Source: Podarcis muralis (taxonomy: Eukaryota). From it: a DNA stretch of 64,000 nt. The position numbers and the translations under genes are program-made. The notes under the pieces were generated by a model. That model searched no databases. It saw only the letters and a list, made by a program, of their open reading frames with translations, and was not told the origin of the DNA. This document shows positions 46,581-59,814 of this stretch, in pieces; within the stretch, counting starts at the first letter, position 1, and each line of letters opens with the position of its first letter. Location: contig NC_135658.1 in the NCBI RefSeq assembly GCF_964188315.1, positions 51,584,001-51,648,000 on the forward strand, read 5' to 3'.

Positions 46581-47302
46581 CAGTGGTGCCTCGCAAGACG
46601 AAAAGAATCCGTTCCGCGATTCTTTTCTTCTAGCGGTTTTTTCGTCTTGCGAAGCAACCCCATTGGCGGCTAAGCGGATTAGCGCTATTAGCGATTTAGC
46701 GCTATTAGCGGCTTAGCGGGCTTAGAGGCTAAGCCAGGGGTCTGCAACCTTTAAGACAAAAAGAGCCACTTGGACCCGTTTCCGAAGGGAAAAAAAACTG
46801 GGAGCCGCAAAACCATTGCAACATTTGAAACAAATATAACACTTGCATAGAATGTTTCTTACCTTAATGTCCGATCTGACAGCGGGCAGGAAGGTGACGT
46901 CGGGACGGTGCATGACTAACGCACGCACCGCCCCCATGTGACGTCACAGCCAGTACAGCGCCCGCCACAGTGGGGAGTGTTGGGGTGCACAATGCGCCTC
47001 CTCCCCTCGCTAGTATCCGCCCCGGAGCCGCGGCAAAGGTGTAAAAGAGCCACATGCGGCTCCGGAGCCGCGGGTTGCAGACCCCTGGGCTAAGCTGTTA
47101 AAAGGCTATTAACAGCTTAGCGGCTTTGAAAAAGGGGGGCGGAAAGCGGGGGGGGGGGAAATGGTGAGACTCGCAAGACGTTTTCGTCTTGCGAAGCAAG
47201 CCCATAGGGAACTTCATCTTGCGAAGCGCCTCCGTGACGGAAAACCCTTTCGTCTTGCGGGTTTTTTGTCTTGCGAGGCATTCGTCTTGCGGGGCACCAC
47301 TG
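46581..47302. mobile_element. Tigger/pogo-like (Tc1-mariner) MITE carrying a nested hAT
   Basis: TIR cagtggtgcc(t/c)cgcaagacgaa, TA TSD on both sides, and repeated subterminal gcaagacg-like motifs. Confidence 0.9.
46735..47087. mobile_element. Non-autonomous hAT nested in the Tigger-like MITE
   Basis: Perfect 15-bp TIR caggggtctgcaacc and perfect TSD ggctaagc (46727-46734, 47088-47095). Confidence 0.93.
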
Positions 47303-47908
47303 TACTCCACGAAAAGCATTTCCCAGAGTGCACATGGCACTTGCTTGCCATAGCCTCCAATTTAGCTGGCAATGTGGTGTTGGGAACAGGCTTCCTTAGG
47401 ATGTCCTAAGCAAGCTTAAGAGGAATTTGGGGGGTTTGGGAGGGCAGTACCTGAAGCTCTGGGGAATATGTGTTTTCATTATTTTTATTTATTAATTAAA
47501 ATGTTTGTGTTTCTGTCCACAAATGGGAGCTTTAAGGTATCTAATGGAAAGCACTTACAAGAAGAACCATAACCTAACCATCACTGAAATAAATTAGAAG
47601 TGTGGAGTGGCAGATCAAACAGTGGCAACAAAATACATAAAAGGAGAAATTATTTAGTCATGCAAAAAGCACCTAATGATAGCATTGTTCTCATCTGATG
47701 TCCAAATGCCAACAATGAGGAAGGTGTATGCAATTAAATATTCTGATTTATAGCCCTGGGAGGCTCTCAAAGAGTCTTACAAAAAATTATTAGAATAAAA
47801 ACTATATCCAAGTCTGGCATCAGAAACAGAAATGCCACTATGATGACAGTCTTTGTCAAGTGGCATTTCCTGCCCTTTGTTGAGGTCTTCTGTGGGTGTG
47901 CATGGGCC

Positions 47909-48101
47909 CAAGGCTGCCAACTTAAATAAAATATTTGGGGAGGCAAGTAAACCCTACTCCGCATAATTGATCTCATGATGCAATGCACAGACACCATTTT
48001 AATGGCAATGCCCATCAACTTGTGAGGGGAGGGAGGGCTAGCCTCCTCAAACATTTTAGGGGGGGCAAATATCCATTGGCCCCTAGGAGTTGGCTCCTAT
48101 G
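47909..48101 (-). mobile_element. Short non-autonomous hAT, asymmetric-TIR family
   Basis: caaggctgccaact / rc cataggagccaact. Perfect TSD catgggcc. Confidence 0.9.
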
Positions 48102-49766
48102 CATGGGCCTCACAATTCACCTTGTGTTTGTGCTTCAAAAAAAAAAGAAAAGAAAGAAAACAGAATGCTGGATCTATTTTCTGAGTTGCTCCATGATCCC
48201 TTCATTTCTATCTGTGTTTTGATTTCTAGGCCACTCTACATAAAAGAAAGCTGTGTGTTTCTCTGTTCACTACAGCGGGAATCTAAACATATAACTTTTT
48301 CTCTCTTTTTGGTAGAAGTTTCTAAAATTTACAGGCACAGGAGACCCTCCAGAGAAGATTGCCTAATTGCAAGCAAATTGCAGGCCCTGGGGAAAGTAGA
48401 AGGGATTCACTTTCTTCCATAATCCCTAGTAAGAGAGAGATTTGTTCTCATCAACACATTAGTTCATGGCTTTTCCAAGCATTAATTGATTGATGGGTTT
48501 TTCCCTTGTCTCCAATATCTTGTAATGTGATATGCATCTGAACTAGACCACCTGGATGTTGACAATATGCAGGTAAACCCTGCCCCCAGTTCAGGGATAG
48601 GCAGTACATGAGACAGCATTTTCTGTGGTGGCCCCTAGATTGTGGAATGCTGTTTCCTCTGAGATGCCTCTGGTTTTATCACTGTATATACTGTATATTC
48701 AATGCCAGGCCAAGATGCACCTTTCTGCCTTTGTGGTGGAAGATTGCACATGCCTTAATTGTATGGAACTGTACATAATCTGCTCTGGGACTGCATGGTG
48801 TATGGGGGGTAGAAATGCCTATACATAAATAAACATTGGAAATTCCACACCGTTTGGGATAGAATCATCACTGATTTTTCTTCACCTCCCTCATTTTAAT
48901 TTCTCTCTTTATATTGAAAGAAATGTCATGACTTCTCACTCATGGCCTGATTTCATTTGTTTAACCAAGTTTCATGTTTAGTAGATTTGCACACCTGCAA
49001 GTTAATGGCTGTCTAGAGAGCTAGTTTTTAGACTGATTGGAATTTCATTTAAGACAACAGTCTAAGCTGAGTGCCTCCAAAACACACATGCTGGGTTTGA
49101 AAAAGTAGCTGTAAATGTGCTGAAAGGAAATTGTAGAGCTATTTTTCCTCTCCCTCCTCTCTTTTAAATACCTCCCTCTGCAGATCAGTGACAAATATCA
49201 GCAATGCTGCCTATAAAATTCCTATGAATATGCTAACACATGACAGATGTGGCCACAGAAAGAACAGGTACAGGTGTCATTAAATTCCCAGAGCTCTACT
49301 TTATGAAGTAGCTAAGATCCAGTTCAAATGTACATACATAATATATGGTACAGGCCTCCCTAGACCATGCCACTTCAAAATGGGTAGAGGATGATTTAAA
49401 AAAAAAAAAAATACTCACTGATCTAATAGTCCCCACACTTACAAAGCTAGCAAATCAAGTTTTCTCCCAGCCTTCTCTCTGATATGCCTTCTCACCACAT
49501 GCAATGAGGTTTGTTGTAGACACAATCAAAGATTTGATGCAATCCTTGCTGTTAAAAGTGATTTTAAAAAAAACCTTTAACTTGTTTAATATCCATGATC
49601 CTCTGTCATTGTAAGACACTGTGATGTTTCTGTTGAAACATATCTGCATAGTAACTGTAACACAGGATTCACAGTAAAGAAATAATGTATCATTTAAAAA
49701 TTGGTTAAGCTACTTAAAACATATTCCAGAACCATGTTGTAAAATAATTGCCTTAAAAAGGCTGCT

Positions 49767-50120
49767 TGCGTGCCAAGGCCCCATGACCCATAGTTCCCTA
49801 GTGGGTAATAAACACATGGACATGAGTATTTAGGTTTATGGGTTCAAATAGGCCACAACTTTATTGCTTACAATAAATGTGAGCGGTTTGGCTTAGGCAT
49901 TGGGTGAAGCCAGGCTATATCTTGACTCCCGCCCATCTGCAGGAAGTCCATAGCAAGTCCATAGCATAGGGGGAGCCCTATGACTTACATCAAATAGGGG
50001 CACCTCAAGGAGTTCCCATTGGGGTCATGGCATTGCCCTAGTTCATGTCTAGGCATCGGACAGAATCGACACCCCCAGATCCCTTTAACAGGATACCCTT
50101 AATGAGGAGGGGCTAAGTTG
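49767..50120 (-). mobile_element. Probable solo LTR related to 20475-20850
   Basis: rc contains gatatag (TATA-like), cccaatgcctaagccaa and caataaagttgtggcc. The 5' boundary is approximate. Confidence 0.55.
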
Positions 50121-50692
50121 TGATGATTGCTACTAGGTAGGAGAAAACCAAATGGCTGGTGCCAATTTGCTAGGTGGAAAAAAATTCCTACCTGGCCCCA
50201 ACAATATGGCAGCTGACATTTGTCCATAGCAAGGTCGTATCATAGCAAAGCATAAAAAGAGGGTGGGTGGGTTGGGAGAGCCGGCGAAGGGTGAGAGAGG
50301 AGGAGCCCCCAGCTGCGCCATGGTTTAAATTTCCCAATGCCACGCCCCCTACCAGTGCTGATTGGACGGCACGAGGGAAGTGTCACTCTCTGTCCCCTTG
50401 CTGGATTACTGCAGGAGCCTGAATGCCTGGCCACAACACCAACCACCAGAAAAGGCGACCTGACTTTTTCAATTAAGATTGAGTTAAATTGGTTGAGACA
50501 CCTGAAACTGGAAAGGGTTCATTAGTCATTTTGGATTATTCTTTCTTATAAATGTAAGCTGGAAATTTAATAAGAGCACTCATAGATGAACTACCACAAA
50601 CCACCTACATGGTACATTTACATTTATATACATACTTTCCACAATTTTAAAGTTACTTACATGTGTGTTCTGGCTGTTCTAAGATGTGCCTA

Positions 50693-51054
50693 GGGACGCC
50701 GGTGGTGCTGTGGTCTAAACCACAAAGCCTAGGGCTTGCTGATTGGAAGGTTGGCGGTTCGAACCCCCGCAACAGGGTGAGCTCCCGTTGTTTGGTCGCA
50801 GCTCTTGCACACCTAGCAGTTCGAAAGCACGTCAAGTGCAAGTAGATGAATAGGTACCACTCCAGCAGGAAGGTAAATGGCATTTCTGTGCACTGCTCTG
50901 GTTCACCAGAAGCGGCTTAGTCATGCTGGCCACATGACCCAGAAGCTATCTGTGGACAAACACTGGCTCCCTCGGCCTATAGAGCGAGATGAGCGCGCAA
51001 TCCCAGAGTCGTCCATGACTGGACCTAAAGGTCAGGGGTACCTTTACCTTTTTA
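50693..51054 (+). mobile_element. Sauria SINE (different subfamily)
   Basis: Head plus diagnostic agaagcggcttagtcatgctgg...ggacctaaaggtcagggg. 12-bp TSD aagatgtgccta. Confidence 0.95.
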
Positions 51055-51689
51055 AAGATGTGCCTAAAATATTGCGATACAGATAGATAGATCACCAAGA
51101 CATTTTGTTATCAAAATTATTCTGCAAAAGATGTGTTTAGGATCATACACACATTTTTAAAACGTTGAAATTCAAAATGGAGCCACATACCCAGAATTCC
51201 TAAAAGCAACCCCCCACCACCACCCTTCTTTTGCCAATATGTGACATCACTTTTGTTTGTTTGAACAGCTGTTTCTCAGTCCTCTTGGTTCAGAAGTACA
51301 GTTAAGGCCAAGACCTTTTTCAGAATGAGGAGGGAGCTGAATCATCTCCAAACAAAAAAAATTCTCAGTACTTCAGAGACATCCCAAGCACTGAACACAA
51401 GTTCTGTTTGATAAGTCATGACATTGAATGAGACAAACACTTTCCCCTCATTTCTTAAAATGATTGTAGAGCTCGTGATTCCTCACTGATTCCTTATATG
51501 TCTTCTATTATTATTTACTTATCAGTGTTTATAGGACTCAACTTACAGTAAAAGGGGGAGGGGAGTTCTCTTCTTACCCTCCAATATCTCCCAGATTATG
51601 ATGAGAATGTCATCCTTCTTTATTGCACTTCAGAAAGAGTAAGAGAAGCTATCTCTATCCTGGGCGGCTTACAATCTAAAATTTGGCAA

Positions 51690-51925
51690 GAATGAAGAAG
51701 TGGCACCATCAGGCTCCATAGCCTCTTGTTGAGCAAATTTCATAATTTAACTAAGCATTGTGGGAAGAAGTACTTTTTCTTTGATCTGTCCTGAATCTTT
51801 CAACATTCATTTTCATTGTCAGTCCCAAAATTCTAGTACTATGAGAGCAGGAAAAAACCCTTTTTCTATTCACTTTTTCTACAACAGGCATAATTATATA
51901 CACCTATATTATGTCCCCTCTTAGT
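51690..51925 (-). mobile_element. Old CR1 3' fragment
   Basis: tctgtcctgaatc...caacattc...ttttctattcactttttcta...cataattata is colinear with 10250-10350. Confidence 0.6.
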
Positions 51926-54674
51926 TACTGCTTGGGTTCCTTTTTTTATCTCATTTGAAAACGATTTCCATTTTCTAAAGGAAGTCTTCTATTAGGTCTT
52001 CTGTCATGAGTGTCCATTTTGTATTAGTTTAGTTTTGTTTAAAATATCTGCTGGTTTTGTGTTTTTAATCTTTTTGCTGCTTTTATTGTACATAACCTTG
52101 AGATTATTGTTTAGAAGGTGATTCATTAACAACAACTTACTTGACTCTGTTCATTAACCATACTGGCATCTCTTTGGCCCTACAAGGGTAGCTGGTATTA
52201 CTGAAGGAATGGTACCACAGATGGATTCAGATGAAAGCAAAATTGGTAGGTGGATTTTTGCTGTTAAGTGATCAAAATCTAAAGTGAACATGTGATTCTG
52301 CTTTAAGGTGGCCATGTGTCCTGCCTCACAGAGTTCTTTATTTGAATGTCGAGCCTCTAATTGAACAATCCATGTCTGGTTTAAAGGTAAAGAACTATAA
52401 GAAGGGAGACATGTGGGTCATGTGTGGGTAACTATCCCCCCCCCCCCGAATTGGGGACCTTGATCATTTTTGGTAGCCAAGCTGTTCTGCAGGTGCTTTA
52501 CATATCTTGATGTTACATGATCTTTCCACTGTAAAGTCAGAAGCTGACTTGAAGACATGCAAGGAAAAGAAGATGAAGCTAAAAATATATACTGAATCAG
52601 AATTTTAATCAATGTTTTCCAATGAACGTACGGTTTTCTTTCAGAGTGTACTTGCATGTTTTTATTATTTTCTGAAGCGTCTACTCTTTAAACTCAGTAA
52701 ATCAATCTATGATATGCTAGAAAAAGAAAGTATAGCCTAGACATTTCAAGAACAACAGATTGTTTATCAAAAGCCTTTTAACATCCTGTGGGGAAAAAGG
52801 AATGACTAGCACTGCTGATTTCTGTGTTTGGCAGCAGCAATGTTTTCTATTCCACGGCAAACCACTTTATTATTTTTTTCTGAAATAAATAAGACAATTA
52901 CACCACCCATCAGCAAGTTTTTGAAATAAAGGAAGCAAAATCTTCAGCTGAATCCCAAAAGTAATAAGCAGGTAAATTAAGCCTGGGGGAAAATTGTGAC
53001 CCACCAAGTCAAAAGCAGATAACCAACCATGCACTGTGACCTTACATGTGTTTGCCAACCCCAGTTGTGGGCATCATGGCTAGCCCTTCCATTAGAAGGA
53101 GGAAGGTGACCACTTCAGGTAGCAGATATTGGGGAAAGATAATTGCAGCAGATCCCCAGGGCTTCCTCCTGAGCCTCTCACTCTGTTTATGCCACATGGG
53201 ACGTCCTAGGCTTCATAAACTAACCCACTGTGAAGTGGAGGGTGCTATTGCATCATCAGTGTGAAATGAGATTCAGCTAGAGAGATGGTCCTCTTTGTCT
53301 TCACCTTGGGCAGAAAAATGTATTGGAGTAGCCCTGCTGGACATGTAGCTAAACCAAGAAGTTTATCAGTCTCAGGTGGGTTGCCATAAATGTTGGTGTA
53401 CTGCTTTCATTTTGGTGAATCGCAACATGTGCAAGCCATGAGTGGATTTTTGTTGGGGGGGCAGTGATATCTGATGACAGGACACACCTCCATAATCACC
53501 TGCACAAAGTGGAGCCATTTAAATTAATTCATTTCAGTGGGTTTACTCTGAGTAAAACTAAGTTGAGCATTACCCATACATATTCTATGAAAAACAATAA
53601 CTAGTGCTAATAACTGAGTTGAAAAGAAAATTTCAGACATTGGATGGAGTCACAACTAATGAAAATTGCCAATATTCCCTATTTTCTTATTTCTTTTATT
53701 TTTATCATTCCTATTTTTATTAATGTCCTGGATTAACATACTTTCCCATCCCGTCTTTCATGCAGACATGTCAGAATATGGAAGAACAGAAAGAAAGAGG
53801 AAAGGAAAATAGCACATGGAGGGTATTGGAAACTTGGCATTCAGGAGAATATTTTCTAGCAGGTAGCAAATAGATCATTTTTACACACATCTGTTTGACT
53901 TCCTCTGGATATCCTGAACTTTGCATTTTATCATTTATTTAATGACACCTGGAATACATGTTGAGTGCAGTGCTTCAGTGGTCAGGGTGTTTGACTACAT
54001 TCCTAAATGTTGTGGCTTTGAATCTCATGGTGTGGTCTCTATGGTTTGGGGTTTTATATACATAATGTATCGACATTTAGAGAAATTGAGAAAAAGTGCC
54101 CCTAACACAAGCGGCTGTAAACAATTCAACTGGCAAACCACACATAGTTGGCTCACTCTCTGTGTGGTTGAAACAAACAGAATAAAAAGAAGCACTTGGC
54201 ACAAATTATTGGACCATGGTATATAAGGATTCTGGATGAAAAGGATAACAAACCTGAGTACATAATCAATCTTTGTGGTTTGAAAAATGTCACAGTACAT
54301 CCAGATACTGATGCTTCAAGTAAGGTCATAATTGCAGATGAAGACCACATCTTTGAATGTAGAAGTGCTCAGAGATCAAGATATTGGACAACATTCACCC
54401 CAAAATCAAAATTTACCAAGAACTTTCAGGATTGCAGTTGTATAGAATGTGTTTATCCACATGGCTAAGGATGCAATGCATCAGTAGGTGATTAAATGTA
54501 TTGTTTATTTATTGCCTTCACCATTAAAAAATGAATAAAAGTACAGTGCAGAGGGCTGGTGGTTACCAAGGGAGGGACTTGCCAATATGTATGCAGTATG
54601 AAAGGCACGGCACCAGCTTGGGATTGAAATGGCCACAGCTTTATTGATTACTGATGTAAATCAGATTTTGGCAT

Positions 54675-54926
54675 AAGAAGAGTTTGGATTTTCAATTTGA
54701 TATCCTGCTTTATCACTACCCTAAGGAGTCTCAAAGCGGCTAACAATCTCCTTTCCCTTCCTCCCCCACAACAAACACTCTGTGAGGTGAGTGGGGCTGA
54801 GAGGCTTCAGAGAAGTGTGACTGGCCCAAGGTCACCCAGCAGCTGCATGTGGAGGAGCGGGGAAGCGAACCCGGTTTACCAGATTATGAGTCCACCAATC
54901 TTAACCACTACACCACACTGGCTTTC
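54675..54926 (-). mobile_element. tRNA-derived SINE (Squam3-like)
   Basis: rc gaaagccagtgtggtgtagtggttaaga (A box), ggttcgcttcc (B box), body ctgctgggtgaccttgggc, tail atccaaactcttct. Confidence 0.85.
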
Positions 54927-55174
54927 ATGGATATGGAGTGGGTATGTATCCTGAATCAGTCAACCCAATTGCTGGATGATATCTCCATTAGGATCAATCC
55001 TGATGAATGGATACCACCTGCTGATGTAAATCTAATGGGGTACTCTCACCAGGATGCCATTCAGGGATGTTCTATGGCTCATCAGCCCCCATCTGGGCTT
55101 TTGGACAGAGCCATACCCATGGGCCCCTTTGCTGGGTTACCTTGAGTTATATCACCCCCAGCTTTAGCTTAAGG

Positions 55175-55310
55175 CAGGCTTCCTCAACCTCGACCCTCCA
55201 GATGTTTTTGGCCTACAACTCCCATGATCCCTAGCTAGCAGGACGAGTGGTCAGGGATGATGGGAACTGTAGTCTCAAAACATCTGGAGGGCCAAAGCTG
55301 AGGAAGCCTG
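55175..55310 (-). mobile_element. 136-bp palindromic hAT MITE
   Basis: Termini caggcttcctca, loop in inverted orientation relative to 40887, and perfect TSD gcttaagg. Confidence 0.92.
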
Positions 55311-55609
55311 GCTTAAGGATCCAACCCAATGCCATTTTCACCAAAAGTTGTGACAATTGTGGAAGGCACAACCCCGAGACAGGCCAAATACAACTGCAGG
55401 TAAATTCCTTCCTGGCCCTGTATACAGTGTTTGAACAGTTCCACAGTAAGATCATGTACACGGACAGCCTGCTTAGCACTGGGCAGAGCCACAATATACA
55501 GTGTGGGTAGGTGGGATGACCAGTTATGACTGCACCGACAGGTACCATCAATTCAGACTGCACATGATGGGATGACCCTCACAAAAATATGCTTCCACAG
55601 AGCTAAGCT

Positions 55610-55760
55610 AAGCTCATAAGAAGTTCCCTGCTGCATCAGGTCAATGGCCCACCTAGACCAGCATCCTATTCTCACAGCCAAGCAGATGCCTATGGGAAGC
55701 CCCTGAGTACAGCAGCACTCTTCCCATCTGTGATTCTCAGCAACTGGTTTTCAAAGACCT
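55610..55760 (-). mobile_element. Old CR1 3'-end fragment
   Basis: cataagaa...ctgctgcatcaggtcaatggcccacctagaccagcatcctattctcacag, typical of the CR1 3' UTRs seen in this window. Confidence 0.6.
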
Positions 55761-57671
55761 GGCAGGGATCATGGTTTGGCTCATGAGGCTGTTTTCCCAA
55801 GCTGTACCCACCTGCCCTACACCTGGCATCATATATGACATCATATGCAGGACAGGTGAAGACACAGCTCCCTGCTGAAATCGAGGTTTGAAGCTGCTGT
55901 CAAGCATCTTCAGTGCCCACCTGCAAACCCCTGTATCTTGACTCTGCCCACCTGGTTTGATTTCTAGAGGCTAACCAAACCACTAAATCTGCTTGTAGGC
56001 TCCTTCTTTGCATATGTTTATGTTGCAAGCTGCTCAACACACATGATGTCAGGGATGTGTAAACAAGGCTCTTCTGTTCTCAGACTCACAGATGTTACAA
56101 AGCTGCCTTCTTATCAGACTTTCCTTCATCATCCTCAAGACAGATTCTGTCAAGACCTTGCTGCTTGGCTATGCTATTGCTATTTTTCCTACCCTATTCA
56201 CTCCTGATTCTACAGGGCATAATCCATGAAAGTTCTGCCCATGCAGTGGTGTTTATGAATAATAACAGACAGCAGGGCGAAATTGTTCTGGCAGGCTGTT
56301 GCAAAGAGTAGGATGATTTCAAAATGAAAACATCCATTACTTTCTCATCTTTTTTATTATTATCAATTAACCTAGAGCTCTCCAAAGCTATATTGTCTAG
56401 TAATTAATCCTGAAGCATTTTAATTAAAACCAAGCTTTGAGCAAATTACTAATTCACTCCTGCACGTAAAATTACCCAATCAAGACTTGGAGGGGGGATA
56501 ACTCTATTGTTGTTTACCACTGTTCCAGAACATGAATATTTTTCATTAGTGAAAAAGGGAATGTTATTAAGGGTCCCTGTACTGTATCAGTTCACAGCAA
56601 TTGCAAAGCCAGATTTCCTTGACTGGAAACACCCGCCCAGGCAGGAAGGATCTTAGCTAATGAAGGCATCTGGGAGATATGGCTTTAAAAAACTTGGCAC
56701 ATATTTCCTTTACCTTACACAAATACTATGTTTGAGAGAAGGATGATTTAGTGAGTGAAGTACTTGGTTCTTGTAACTTTAGATATTTATCAAGGAAGCA
56801 TTAGTTGTGCATGCTCAATTACATGAATATTTATCATGTGGTCCTTCAAAATTCTTTCATAGCGAGTCCATAATTTAAACAAAAAGGTGGTGTGTTGTTG
56901 TTTTTTAAAAAAAGGACAAAATTTAGGTCTGGCTGACTTGAAATTCTTCCCCTGTCTCCTTTGGTAGTTATATAAAGGGTACTTCATTTCATAGTAAGGT
57001 TAACTAAGCTGTGGGCTGTAGATGTTGCTGAACTACAACTCCCAGCATCCCTGATTACTGGATATGCTGGTTAGGCCTGGTGGAGTTGTAGTTTTGGTAC
57101 ATCAGGAGGTCAGCCCCCCCCCCCCGGAGGCATGCTGCATGTGAATCAGAAAGCACCTGTATAAATGGAATTATTCTGCACGCCTAAGGATTGCATGGAG
57201 CCTTCCTACAGCTGGGTATGCTCATTAGCAACAAAACAAAAGTACTACTTGGGCTGTAACAAAATGTTGCCATGTGGATTGCTCCTGTTGAAGAGCCACT
57301 GCATTTCATTTTCTCTCTCTACCACCACACACTTTGGTTTTTCCCTTTTTCTCCTTCAACAGTCAATTAGCATTATGTGGCCATTGAGGAATGTCCTCAT
57401 TGGTTTGTTTTTTGAGGTCTTTTGCCCTGAGAGTTTATTACTTTAAAATTGTTGCATTTCTCAAAACCCTAGGGTCTTCGCTGAGACAACAGAGACCTCT
57501 TTTTTGTGCATGGCTGCTGTTAATTCTAACTACATATGCACTCAAAGAATAGTAATTGTAATGTAACAGAACCACACAAGTATTTCTTATGTATTTTTAA
57601 GGATATTGTTATGTTATTGTTTTAATCCATTTGCCTGTTATAAACTGTGCCGTGGCCTGTACAAAGGGTAT

Positions 57672-57735
57672 TAAATAAATATCCCAGAATCAAAAATGGA
57701 CGATAAATAAATATCCCAGAATTAAAAATGGAGGA
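57672..57735. repeat. 32-bp tandem duplication
   Basis: taaataaatatcccagaat(c/t)aaaaatgga(c/g)ga twice. Confidence 0.9.
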
Positions 57736-59506
57736 TCAAAATGGTTCCTTGGGAAAGTCTAGGTGAATCCTGGCTCATATTAAGTACATCTTATGATGTA
57801 AATTCCAAAATGAAACAAGAACAACAAAGACTCAGCTGTTTCATGTCCGAAGCAGCTCTAATGACCATGATAAAAAGCATCCAGGTTAGAGAGTGCTGCA
57901 GACTTGAGCTTCGGAGCCTCTCATTTTAGACACAAAGCATATCATTAGTAAGGAAATGTTAACTTCCCTTGGCTTTGCAGATCCACAAAAGTACAGGGAA
58001 AGCATGTTTTTCACTTCATTTAACCATAATAGCCTCTTACCATTCAGAGATCATTATGGAGCAAAAATAAGTAATTATTAATAATGTCAGTAAAGGAAGA
58101 AGAAAAAATCCAAAACCGCATCAAGCATATTCCATTTTGCAAATGAAAGCCGCACATTAGATGAAACCTTATAAATTATTGGCAGTTTGATAAAGAGCAA
58201 GGAGACTCTGTGAACTTCTGCAATTACTCCGTGCCTCACAAAGTGATCTAGCACATCATCATGGGAAGATCCAACAGGGGGTGACGGGACACACATGCTT
58301 TTGCTGTTAGCTATTGAACATTATATTAAGCAGAATGAAAGACATTTTTATATGTCAGTTTATTAAATAAAACCCAAGCACTTTGGATTTGCATCTCCAG
58401 CAAAGGAAATGGTGCCAAATATGCCGGTGTTTTGTGATGGCTTTGTGTTCCCTTCCTTCAGTGAACATTGCACACAGTATGTTTCTTTCACATCTCTTGT
58501 TATATGTGGACATGTGTATTTTGATGCCATAGGATCTGTAGCCAGCAGCGGACAGTGGGGAGGGACTGCACTACTTTACCTGGCTTCTTAACAGCAGTGC
58601 CACTGCCAGTTACTGAAAGAGGGAGGGGAGAGGCAGCTGGGAGGTCAGGGTGGTGTGAGTGCAGTGGCTGGAGTGTTGGATTGGCCCTGCTGCTGCACCC
58701 ACACCATGCTAGTCTCCCAAGCACATTGTCCTTCACCCCTCTTGGTAACTGGCCCAGCCTGCCCTGCTGCACCGACTGCTATTGTCTGTGACTCTGGCAG
58801 CAAACTAGGCAGAAAGCTGAGGGGCTTATTGTTCCAGTTGCCATGTTGCAGCCAGAATTATAAACATTTCTGTCATGGGAGATATTGCTGTTACCTCTTT
58901 CCCTCAAGCAAAGCTTCCTTATGCTAGGTGAGCCCATCTGTCAATCTAGCCCAGTATTATATATTCTGATTGACCATGGCTCTCCAAGAAAGAGGTCAAA
59001 TGGAGCAAGTCAGGGAGCAGTTTTTCCTGTCCTATCATAATTGTGTTTTAAAGGCAGACACTCATTGTTGCCATGGCCAGACTAGTTGTTGTGCTTTGCA
59101 GGGCCATTAGGACAAGACAAATATGTGGCCCTCTATATGTTGATGAACTCCAGATCCCTTCAGTCCATGATGGACTCCAGTGCCATGGGACTTGTAGTCC
59201 AACAACACCCTGGAGCTCCAGAGATTCCCCATCCCTGAACAAGAGGCTTAGCAGTTCATTTTGGAATTAATACTGATGTGCTGTGGATAATTTGAAAAAG
59301 TATGTCAGAATATGTGATGGGTCATTCTTGGTCCACATTGTGCTACCTCCTCCTTGTTGGTCTTCCTCCTCTATTGTCATATCTGCTCTCTTTAGTATAC
59401 CCAGAATGATAAATCCACTGTTTTCTGTATTTGGGATGGCTAAGCTATGGGCCTCAAGATGTTGAGGAATTATAAGTCCCATCATCCCTGACTATTGGTC
59501 AGATGA

Positions 59507-59674
59507 CATCAGATGTCAAGGAAATAAACCACTATCTGACTTTTAGAAGACATCTGAAAGCAGCCCTGTTTAGGGAAGTTTTAAATGTTTGATGTTTTGT
59601 TGCTTTATTATTATTATTCTCTTGGGAGCTGCCCAGAGTGGCTGGGGAAACCCAGCTAGATGGGTGGGGTATAA

Positions 59675-59726
<52 letters not shown>
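59507..59726 (+). mobile_element. L2 LINE 3' end with long (ATT)n tail
   Basis: Same family as 6847-7446. (ATT)n at ~59665-59726. Confidence 0.85.
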
Positions 59727-59731
<5 letters not shown>

Positions 59732-59814
59732 ATCATTATTATACTGGGCTGATAGAAGTTGTTGTTCAGCTTCATCAACATCTGGAAGCAAATGGGATAA
59801 CTACCTATTGTGGT

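Noticed and set aside
53921-54468. Coding-looking stretch (HGVVSMVWG..., DEDHIFEC...) suggesting a decayed transposase, retroelement or viral relic
   Set aside because: The motif matches are too weak and inconsistent in spacing, and the 5' part looks like an old tRNA-type SINE head. TBLASTX would be needed.
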